64,000 bases of DNA from assembly GCA_013426015.1 (NCBI GenBank), contig CP058998.1:920142-984141 (forward strand), given 5' to 3'. Below the pieces are notes generated by a model. It was not told the DNA's origin. It was given only the letters and a program-made list of their open reading frames with translations, and did not search any database. Positions 20,084-27,675 of the stretch are shown here, in pieces; the stretch's first letter is position 1, and each line of letters starts with the position of its first letter. This stretch comes from Candidatus Fermentimicrarchaeum limneticum. GTDB lineage: Archaea; Micrarchaeota; Micrarchaeia; Burarchaeales; Fermentimicrarchaeaceae. A program made the position numbers and the translations under genes.

Positions 20084-21227
20084 GCCTGTGGATGAGCTGA
20101 GGATCATAAACTTCCTAGATGCGTTCATAACGAACGCCCTGTCGGTACTCATCCCTCTGCTTCTGGTTTCAAGGGGGGCGGATGTTGTCGAAATCGGGTT
20201 TATCGTCTCCATGTCGCCTGTGATTTTCGTCGTTTCAAGAAGCATATTCGCAGCCATGTCCGACCAAGTCGGCGTGAGGAGGTTCTTCATTCTGAACGGC
20301 GCCATGAATGTCGTATCCATTATGATATACATGGTCGCGAGCAGCCCCCTGACCTTCTCAGTCGGCAAGATGTTCGAAGGAGTGAGAAATGGCACTATAT
20401 GGGCGGTCAACAGGACTGCGGTTATGATCAAGAGGGGCAAAGGCAACGCGGCAGAGGAGATGTCAAAGGTGCAGGCGATCAGGACAGCGTCTGCGGCAAT
20501 GGGTATTGTGGCTGTGGGTGCGCTGCTTCAGGGGCACTCCTTTGAAGTGACGCTGTTGTTCTTCATGTTGTTGGGGTTTGTGCTGCTCGGCGCGAGTTTC
20601 CTTGTAGAGGGGAGGCGCAAGGCCAAGGTGAAGTTCGGGAAGATTTTCGAGCAGCTGGATTTCAGGAGTAAGAGCGATTTCCTGAAGAGGACGAGCCTCG
20701 TCCTCATACTGCAGTCGGTTGCGACCACGGTGCCACTCACACTGATACTCCCTCTTTTCCTGAATGAAATGGGGTATGATTATTGGCTGATCGGGCTGGT
20801 TGTTGCGGCGTATTACTTGGTGAGCGCGGTCGTTGCCTTCTTTCTTTCAAAGAAGGGTGAGATATACGTTTTTGTTTGTATGTGGGTGGGTGCTTTCCTC
20901 TTTCTCTTCGGCGCTGCGGCGGTCCCGTTCCTGCAGGGCGTCTGGGTGATTCCCTTCATACTCCTGATGGGCATTGGGGATGGGACGAGCGTGCCAGTTT
21001 GGGAGATATTAATATTCAACTCCGTGAGGAGCAAGAAGGACGTGTCGAGCGATATCGCGCTGCTCCACACGCCGCCGAACCTATCCAACGCCGTGGGGCT
21101 CATCCTGGGAGGTGTGTTGGTGAAGTCCGTGGGGTACTGGTCTGTCTTCCTCCTTTGTGGAGTATTGTTTGCGCTCTTCTCCTACTTCTCAACAAAACTC
21201 CTGAGGGAGGCGATGTATTTCGAGTAG
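20064..21227 (+). CDS. MFS transporter
   Basis: About 12 hydrophobic segments; motif A-like SDQVGVRR. Confidence 0.85.
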   Translation: MRVWRNKPVDELRIINFLDAFITNALSVLIPLLLVSRGADVVEIGFIVSMSPVIFVVSRSIFAAMSDQVGVRRFFILNGAMNVVSIMIYMVASSPLTFSVGKMFEGVRNGTIWAVNRTAVMIKRGKGNAAEEMSKVQAIRTASAAMGIVAVGALLQGHSFEVTLLFFMLLGFVLLGASFLVEGRRKAKVKFGKIFEQLDFRSKSDFLKRTSLVLILQSVATTVPLTLILPLFLNEMGYDYWLIGLVVAAYYLVSAVVAFFLSKKGEIYVFVCMWVGAFLFLFGAAAVPFLQGVWVIPFILLMGIGDGTSVPVWEILIFNSVRSKKDVSSDIALLHTPPNLSNAVGLILGGVLVKSVGYWSVFLLCGVLFALFSYFSTKLLREAMYFE

Positions 21228-21577
21228 AGCTCGTTCACCGCTTTCTCATCAATCCTATGGTCGAAATAGGCGTGCGGCCGGAGTGCGCCACTGAATGTTT
21301 TTGGGATGTGGATTAATTCGTGGATGATGACCTTGTCCTTTTGTTCTTCGGGTAAATTGTCAAAATGTTCGGAGAGGACTTCGATGATGTAGTATGTTTT
21401 TATGTCCAGCGCCTTCTGCCAGATTTGTGGGAAGTTCCATATGCGGGCGTAGGCGCGCGCTTCAGAGCCTTTGGAGCGCATGCAGATTATCCTCAATGAG
21501 TTGATGTACTCTAAATCAAGAGTGTGGATGATTTTGTTTACCCTCTCCTGCACGTCCGGGGCAAGCTCGGTTTGCAT
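21182..21577 (-). CDS. Putative zinc metallopeptidase
   Basis: AYARIW and IIHELIHIP (HExxH) motifs. Confidence 0.8.
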   Translation of the reverse strand: MQTELAPDVQERVNKIIHTLDLEYINSLRIICMRSKGSEARAYARIWNFPQIWQKALDIKTYYIIEVLSEHFDNLPEEQKDKVIIHELIHIPKTFSGALRPHAYFDHRIDEKAVNELYSKYIASLRSFVEK

Positions 21578-21671
21578 CAGTTATTTTGGGTGTTGGTATT
21601 TAATTATAGGGTGCACCCACCCCATACTTCCACTAATCTTGTTTTGTTGGTTCCTGTGGCTTAAAAATTAG

Positions 21672-21939
21672 CAGAAGCGAGCGAGAAACCCCACACCATT
21701 TATAGGTGGGATGAAAGCGAGCTATACAAAGAAAATATATGTTATTTCAGTCTTTCACTGGAAAGTTACCCCCCTCCACGAGGTTTATAAACAGTAGTAA
21801 CTAAGTTTTGTAAAGAAAAAACTACCGAGGGGCACTCGGGAAGTAACGCCTGCAATTCCTTGCAGAAGGAGAGAGATGTTGCAGAAGCAACGTCTGTGAA
21901 GCAGGAAGCCCACATCCTTTAGGGGTGGGAGCATGTCAC
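21672..21939 (+). mobile_element. Non-coding miniature IS200/IS605 derivative (268 bp) carrying a stand-alone omegaRNA
   Basis: Left-end hairpin AAAC-CCCAC...GTGGG (21686-21710), promoter segment shared with the tnpB upstream region, scaffold 21822-21939 homologous to 19434-19551, ends TCAC; no tnpB coding sequence. Confidence 0.85.
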
Positions 21940-22038
21940 TGGTATCGTCTGAAGTTTCAGTTATTAAAGTAGTGGAAATATTTGTGGGTTTGAATAGTGG
22001 AATTGTGGAAGTTTGGGGGGTTATATATATTATATATA

Positions 22039-22054
22039 TGTAACCATAGTTACA
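22039..22054. promoter_or_regulatory. Perfect inverted repeat TGTAAC-N4-GTTACA (candidate operator)
   Basis: Lies between a TA-rich TATA region and the ATG at 22057. Confidence 0.5.
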
Positions 22055-22056
22055 AT

Positions 22057-22302
22057 ATGTTGTTGTATATGTATGATTTAAAAATAAAAGGAAAGAAACC
22101 ATACAACACACTCAAAAGGCGCTTCTACTACCAACTGAAAAACTCCCCAATTTCAGCGACGCCCTGGAAGACAAAATCCGTCCTCCTCGTGGATGATTAC
22201 CTAGAAAAAGAGGCGGATAACTTCTTCCTGAGATTCAGGGGGTATGTAGAAGTCTACAAGGCAAGGGTTGAGAGCATAGAAGAAGTGACCAAACCCAAAT
22301 AG
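22057..22302 (+). CDS. Small Cas2/VapD-like ferredoxin-fold protein (stand-alone)
   Basis: 81 aa; N-terminal strand LLYMYDL and central TKSVL resemble the Cas2 hhhhYDh and Q.SVF motifs. Confidence 0.55.
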   Translation: MLLYMYDLKIKGKKPYNTLKRRFYYQLKNSPISATPWKTKSVLLVDDYLEKEADNFFLRFRGYVEVYKARVESIEEVTKPK

Positions 22303-22329
22303 TGGAATTCTGGTGTCCCACCCATTGAG

Positions 22330-22854
22330 TTACAATAACCCCCCTAACCTTTCAGCTTCCCTGATTTTATCCTCGCCGACCTCGCCGGTGGCGTATGCCT
22401 TCGCCTTCATCGTCGCAACCACCTCCATCAGCTGGCACTTGCAGAACAGCTTAATCGTCTCTATAGACCTCTCAACCAGCGCCGGATCCGCAGCCCCGAC
22501 CGCGATGATGCACACCTTCTTCCCCTTCATCTTCCTCCCTATACCCGCGGGGTTCAACCTATCAAGGAAATTCTTCATCGTTCCGCTGACATCACCAAAA
22601 TACGTGGGAGTTGCGAATATTATCGCATCCGCAGCCAGAATCTTCGTAATAATCTCCTTCATATAGTCATCTATCCCACACACACCTGTGGTGTCACACT
22701 TGCAGCATCCATCGCAGAACTCAACATCCTCCTCATGCAACCCGATGAACTCAGTCTCGGCTCCCTTCTCCCTTGCTTTTGCCAAGGCCGCCTTCAGGAG
22801 CATCTCGCAGTTTCCCCCTTTTCTTCGACTTCCGCATATACCTAGGATTTTCAT
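22330..22854 (-). CDS. Flavodoxin family / iron-sulfur flavoprotein
   Basis: GSRRKGGN, CDGCCKC..C, ATPTYFG and KNFLDR motifs. Confidence 0.9.
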   Translation of the reverse strand: MKILGICGSRRKGGNCEMLLKAALAKAREKGAETEFIGLHEEDVEFCDGCCKCDTTGVCGIDDYMKEIITKILAADAIIFATPTYFGDVSGTMKNFLDRLNPAGIGRKMKGKKVCIIAVGAADPALVERSIETIKLFCKCQLMEVVATMKAKAYATGEVGEDKIREAERLGGLL

Positions 22855-23228
22855 CCCAACCACCCTACACCCTGCCCTCCTTCCTGACCCTCGCCTCATT
22901 CGCAAGGCGCTGCGCCAACCCACTATCCCTGAGCTCATTCCTCTCCAGAAACTTCAGCAATGTCTCCGGGCCGCCCACATCCATTATCCTCACACCAACC
23001 TTAAAGGCAAACTTAAGGGAATTCAACCTCAGTTTCTTTGACTATCCCCCAGAGCACCTCGGGCTTGTCGCTTATCACGGCCTGAACCCCCAACCCAAAA
23101 GGTACGCCCTCCTCCGTATCCCTTCTCTTATCAACAACAAAACTCATGCAGTAGATGTTGCTCTTCATATTTAAATAACTGCGAGCGCTGCCCTCAAAAT
23201 TAATAACCCCCACGGCTAATTACTAATC

Positions 23229-24062
23229 ATGTACGTCACAAGAGGGTTCATAAAAACACACCTCAGAAAGAGGCTCATCATCTCCCACAAAGGGCAGAAT
23301 GGCAGAGTCCTTGTTGTAGGGGGAAGTAGACTCTACTTCGGCTCGCCCGTTCTTGTATCACTTGCTGCGTTCAGGACAGGGGCGGATTTGGTTTACCTAC
23401 TCACTCCAGAATATATTTCAAAATCAATCGCTTCCCAGCATCCCGACCTAATCGTCTGGGGTTACGGGGGCGAGTACCTGAATGAAAATGCCTTGCCAGT
23501 TTTTGAGGAGCTCCGCAACAAAACAGATGCGATGATCATCGGCAACGGCCTCACAAAACAACCAAGCGTTCTGAAAGTCGCTTCTGAATTGATTAAGAAA
23601 TGGAACAAGTCGCTTGTGGTAGACGCGGACTGCATCCAGCCGGATCTGAAAACAAGCTCAAAACAGATTCTTTACACGCCGCATGCAGCTGAATTCTCCC
23701 GCCTAACTGGTGTGAAGACGCCCAGTAACATGAGGGACAAAATAAAGCTCATTGAGAAGACCGCAAGGGAACTCTCCGCAACCATCCTGCTCAAGGGCGT
23801 GCCGGACATCATCTCAGACGGGGACAAACTGATGTTCAACAACATCCACAATGCAGGAATGACTGTCGGCGGGACTGGCGACACGCTTGCCGGCATCGCA
23901 TGCGCCCTGCTCTCCCAGAAGCACACCCCCTTTGAATCCGCCTGCATCGCGGCCTACATAAATGGAGCAGCAGGCAACCTCGCCATGAGGAAATACGGCT
24001 ACTCCTTGATTGCATCGGACTTGATTAATGAAGTACCCTCAATTATGAAACAATTCCAGTAG
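23229..24062 (+). CDS. nnrD: ADP-dependent NAD(P)H-hydrate dehydratase
   Basis: SHKGQNGRVLVVGGS, VVDAD, TPHAAEF and GGTGDTLAG motifs. Confidence 0.92.
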   Translation: MYVTRGFIKTHLRKRLIISHKGQNGRVLVVGGSRLYFGSPVLVSLAAFRTGADLVYLLTPEYISKSIASQHPDLIVWGYGGEYLNENALPVFEELRNKTDAMIIGNGLTKQPSVLKVASELIKKWNKSLVVDADCIQPDLKTSSKQILYTPHAAEFSRLTGVKTPSNMRDKIKLIEKTARELSATILLKGVPDIISDGDKLMFNNIHNAGMTVGGTGDTLAGIACALLSQKHTPFESACIAAYINGAAGNLAMRKYGYSLIASDLINEVPSIMKQFQ

Positions 24063-24070
24063 GTGGTTGG

Positions 24071-25036
24071 ATGAATTGGGACAAGATATTCAACGCATCG
24101 CTTTATCCGATAATAGCTATGCTCCTGCTGCAATTGGTGAGCTTCTGGAGCATAACTATGGATGTACAATACCTCCTTCTCCTGGCGGGATTGATTCTCA
24201 CTATTCTGCCGACTTTAATATATGCATACGCAGGTTATTCCGCGGTAAAAGACCGCAAATTCACCATTCAGGAAGCGGCAGCAACAGGCGTTTTGATAAG
24301 CATAATAAACACAGTCGCATCCACCATACTAATGCTGCAGATTGCAACGCTTAGAACGGGCGGATCTGGCGCTTACGAAAACACAATTTTCAGTGCAGTT
24401 GCACTAGTTTCTCTGGTTATAGGGCTCGTTTTCAATTCATTCTGGGGCGGGTTATTTGCGGCGATCGGGGGTGCCATAGCCCGCAAGCCCATAGAAGATG
24501 CACAGCAGAAGGCCAAAAAAATAGAAACAAAAACCAATTGGGTCCTTCTTGCAGCCTTGCCCGTAATCATAATCCTTGGATTTCTCTTCCTGCTATTCCT
24601 CTACCTGCCCCCAGTTGATCACCCCGTCTCATATCAATGCACCTTCCCCGCAGGCCTTACATGCACCACGTCCAAACTCCAAACAGGGAGCAGCAAACTA
24701 ACATTGCAAATCGGGCAGGGAACCGGCAAGACAATAAGAGTGACCGGCATTGCATGCACGCAGAACTCCAGTGGCGATTACACAACGAATGCCTACATCA
24801 ATTATGCCCCGGCAACCAACATCACGATGGAGTCTGGGACCACGGCATTCCTAGCGAAGATAGATGGTTCGGGTGCCGCAGCCAGCATAATTTGCACGGA
24901 TGAAAGTGGAAATCTGCCACCCAACACCGCTATCGGAAACTCATACAACGGAAGAGTATACATAAACTTCACTGAAGTCGAAACCGGCATCACTCGGATT
25001 GCCGTTGGAACGCTATCAACAAAATACGAAGCGTAA
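24071..25036 (+). CDS. Multi-pass membrane protein with C-terminal extracellular pilin-like domain
   Basis: About 5 TM segments, then a Thr/Gly/Ser-rich domain starting CTFPAGLTC. Confidence 0.6.
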   Translation: MNWDKIFNASLYPIIAMLLLQLVSFWSITMDVQYLLLLAGLILTILPTLIYAYAGYSAVKDRKFTIQEAAATGVLISIINTVASTILMLQIATLRTGGSGAYENTIFSAVALVSLVIGLVFNSFWGGLFAAIGGAIARKPIEDAQQKAKKIETKTNWVLLAALPVIIILGFLFLLFLYLPPVDHPVSYQCTFPAGLTCTTSKLQTGSSKLTLQIGQGTGKTIRVTGIACTQNSSGDYTTNAYINYAPATNITMESGTTAFLAKIDGSGAAASIICTDESGNLPPNTAIGNSYNGRVYINFTEVETGITRIAVGTLSTKYEA

Positions 25037-25038
25037 AC

Positions 25039-25674
25039 TCACCCAAAAATCTCAGGAACGGCGCTCACATCACTGAATATAAAGTCAGGCTTCTCCTTCA
25101 GCATCCATTCAAGCTTGTGGGTGCCGTTGCACACACAGCCCGTCATCATGCGTGCAGCCCTCCCGGCTTGGATATCCTCCACCCTGTCGCCGACATAGAT
25201 GCACTCTCCGCAATCCTTCTTTATTCTCTCAAGTGCAACCAGCAGGCTTTTCGGGGATGGCTTCCTCTCAATCGCATCCTCCCTTGTCATAACAACAGAG
25301 AAGAACCTTCCTATGTCAAACCTCACCAAATCCTCCCGTATCCTCAAACCCCTCCCGTCGCTTACCAGCCCCATTCCTACTTCCAATTCCCGCAGCTTCT
25401 CAAGGGCCGGGACAGTCTGCGGGAACAGCCTGATGTCGCCCCTCATCTCCTCCCAGCAATCCAGCCAAGCATCCTCAACCTCCTTCACTCTCCCCTCCCC
25501 TACACCCATCTTCTTGTACATTTCATCATGGTTCATGGAGAACTCCCTCCTGAAGAACTCCAGCCCCATGTCTCCATATCCCAACTCAGAAAAAGCCTTC
25601 CTAAAACTCTGGTATGTTATCTCCAGGGAATCAAGCAGTGTCCCATCATAATCAAAAATCACAAAATCCAGCAT
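25039..25674 (-). CDS. HAD-superfamily hydrolase
   Basis: FDYDGTLLDS, KPSP and YVGDRVED motifs. Confidence 0.9.
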   Translation of the reverse strand: MLDFVIFDYDGTLLDSLEITYQSFRKAFSELGYGDMGLEFFRREFSMNHDEMYKKMGVGEGRVKEVEDAWLDCWEEMRGDIRLFPQTVPALEKLRELEVGMGLVSDGRGLRIREDLVRFDIGRFFSVVMTREDAIERKPSPKSLLVALERIKKDCGECIYVGDRVEDIQAGRAARMMTGCVCNGTHKLEWMLKEKPDFIFSDVSAVPEIFG

Positions 25675-25724
25675 AGCATCGCACCCTCACTCTTACCACA
25701 ATATATTTATTAATACTAAATATA

Positions 25725-27359
25725 ATGAATTTGGGTGGGATTATGGGTGAAACTCTTGGGCACATTCTGTTTCTGATAATCGGTTTATTCATCGGCGCTT
25801 TGATAATCTTCCTTCTCTTCTGCACACTCAACAGACCCTGCGACTTTCTCTCCAACCTCATCAACCCACGGCCTGCAAACTGTGACGGCGGAACCTGCGC
25901 GCAGGCAGGCCAGCTGTGCGGGTATGGAACCTACCAGGTTTACGGGACGGACATACAGACGACTACAACTTACTACGGAAAGTGCTGCGAGGGGCTTGCC
26001 TGTATAGGCGGCTACTGCAAGGTCCCGACGGGGCAATGCATCGGTCTCCGCCAATTCTGCGGATACGGTCCGACAAATTTCTCCCACTACGAATCTCCTG
26101 CGTATTATGGGGAATGCTGTCAGGGTTACAAATGCATCGATGGCTACTGCGACATTCCCAGGGAATGTGCGTCTCAAGGCGGATCCTGTAGCTATGACTC
26201 GGACTGCTGCACAGGCTTCTCATGCGTTGATGGAAAATGCAGTGTAAAAGTCTGCCAGACCTCCGGTCCATGCACTTCAAGTAACGACTGCTGCTCTGGC
26301 TACTACTGCAACAAGGATACCTACCAATGCACCCCCGAATCATGCGGGTTACGCGGTTACTCCCCCTGCTACTCGGATGATGACTGCTGCACCGGGCTCG
26401 TATGCACCAATGGCACATGCACGGCCCCATGCATGACATCCGGCCCGTGCAATACAAGCACCGATTGCTGCCAACCTTATACGTGCATAAACGGCTACTG
26501 CAACATCCAGCCGACATGCACTTCAAGCGGAGGAGCCTGCAACAGCACATCGAGCTGTTGTTCCGGACTAGCATGCTCGGATGGGACGTGTAAAACTCCA
26601 TGCAAGACTTCTGGCACTTGCGGCACAGACTCAGATTGTTGTACTGGCTACTACTGCAGCGTGAACGGCTACTGCCTTGTCAGACCGACCTGCAGGTACG
26701 AATACGCCTCATGCAATTACAGCAGCGACTGCTGCCAGCCTTATGTCTGCACCAACGGATACTGCACTACTCAATGTCAGGACGCCACGTGCACTAACAG
26801 CTCAGACTGCTGTCCAGGACGTTACTGCAGCCAGGATGGCCACTGCACATCCACACCATGCGCATCGCAGGCAGGTTCATGCACAACAGACACGGGCTGT
26901 TGCTCGCCTTACAAATGCGTGAACGGCTACTGCAGCATACCCCCAACCTGCCAGACTTCGGGAAGGTGCAGCACGGATACCGACTGCTGCTCCAACTACT
27001 ACTGCAGCGCTAACTTCTACTGCACGGTATGTATGACCGCAGGAAGCTGCACAAAGAACTCACAGTGCTGCAACGGCTACTGCAATGGCGATGGCTACTG
27101 CAGCTCGCAGGTATGCAAGACAGCGCAGGGGACATGCACCAATACAACCGACTGTTGCTATGGCTTGCACTGCAACTACGGAATCTGCTCCAACTGCGCC
27201 ACTTCCGGGAGATGCACCAGCAACTCGGACTGCTGCGAGGGCTACCAGTGCTCCAACTACTACTGCACTGCATGCTCGACAGGCTACTGCGCAAGCAGTT
27301 ACGAGTGCTGCCAAGGTTACTACTGCAGCCAGAACCAGCAGTGCACACCATATACCTGA
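25725..27359 (+). CDS. Membrane-anchored cysteine-rich repeat protein (16 knottin-like modules)
   Basis: N-terminal TM helix, then 16 CC-centred modules of pattern C-x5/7-C-x5-CC-x4-C-x4/6-C. Confidence 0.8.
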   Translation: MNLGGIMGETLGHILFLIIGLFIGALIIFLLFCTLNRPCDFLSNLINPRPANCDGGTCAQAGQLCGYGTYQVYGTDIQTTTTYYGKCCEGLACIGGYCKVPTGQCIGLRQFCGYGPTNFSHYESPAYYGECCQGYKCIDGYCDIPRECASQGGSCSYDSDCCTGFSCVDGKCSVKVCQTSGPCTSSNDCCSGYYCNKDTYQCTPESCGLRGYSPCYSDDDCCTGLVCTNGTCTAPCMTSGPCNTSTDCCQPYTCINGYCNIQPTCTSSGGACNSTSSCCSGLACSDGTCKTPCKTSGTCGTDSDCCTGYYCSVNGYCLVRPTCRYEYASCNYSSDCCQPYVCTNGYCTTQCQDATCTNSSDCCPGRYCSQDGHCTSTPCASQAGSCTTDTGCCSPYKCVNGYCSIPPTCQTSGRCSTDTDCCSNYYCSANFYCTVCMTAGSCTKNSQCCNGYCNGDGYCSSQVCKTAQGTCTNTTDCCYGLHCNYGICSNCATSGRCTSNSDCCEGYQCSNYYCTACSTGYCASSYECCQGYYCSQNQQCTPYT

Positions 27360-27373
27360 TTTTTTTCTTTTTC
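27360..27373 (+). terminator. Oligo-T archaeal terminator
   Basis: TTTTTTTCTTTTTC directly after the stop codon. Confidence 0.5.
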
Positions 27374-27450
27374 ATCCAACTAACGTTAGGAGCGAAACTG
27401 CAAGCAATGACATTAATAAATATACTCGACCAAATAATTTTGGTGGACCT

Positions 27451-27675
27451 ATGGCAAAGTACAAGGTTGAGGTTACCTACAAGCCAGGCGTGCTCGACCC
27501 CGAAGGCAAATCAACCCTTGGCGCTTTGAAGACGCTCGGCTTCAATGTTTCTGACGTGAAAAGCCTGAAGGCATACATAATCGAATGCCAGTGCGACGAG
27601 AAGAAGGTTGACGAGATGTGCAGGAAGCTGCTCTCCAACCCGATTATCCAGAACTACTCCATCCATAAGTTGTGA
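27451..27675 (+). CDS. purS: FGAM synthase subunit PurS
   Basis: KPGVLDPEG..LGF and MCRKLLSNPII; start placed at ATG 27451. Confidence 0.93.
   Translation: MAKYKVEVTYKPGVLDPEGKSTLGALKTLGFNVSDVKSLKAYIIECQCDEKKVDEMCRKLLSNPIIQNYSIHKL

Noticed and set aside
18322..21939. Single composite transposon carrying the DUF359, MFS and peptidase genes
   Set aside because: Each unit has its own right end, the first lacks a left end, and the enclosed genes look like host genes.
19552..21960. Self-targets in this window for either omegaRNA guide
   Set aside because: No convincing TTAG-plus-seed match noticed; TTAG-GTTATATA near 6817 diverges after 2 nt. The search was manual and not exhaustive.
21600..22320. 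CRISPR array near the Cas2-like gene
   Set aside because: No regularly spaced repeats; the repeats here are IS ends and a TA-rich tract.
22860..23213. Two short minus-strand ORFs, possibly a frameshifted gene
   Set aside because: No recognisable motif; cannot support a call.
25785..27529. Alternative-frame and antisense ORFs rich in Leu/Gln or Ala/Thr
   Set aside because: Shadows of TGC/TAC codon repeats in the Cys-rich gene.
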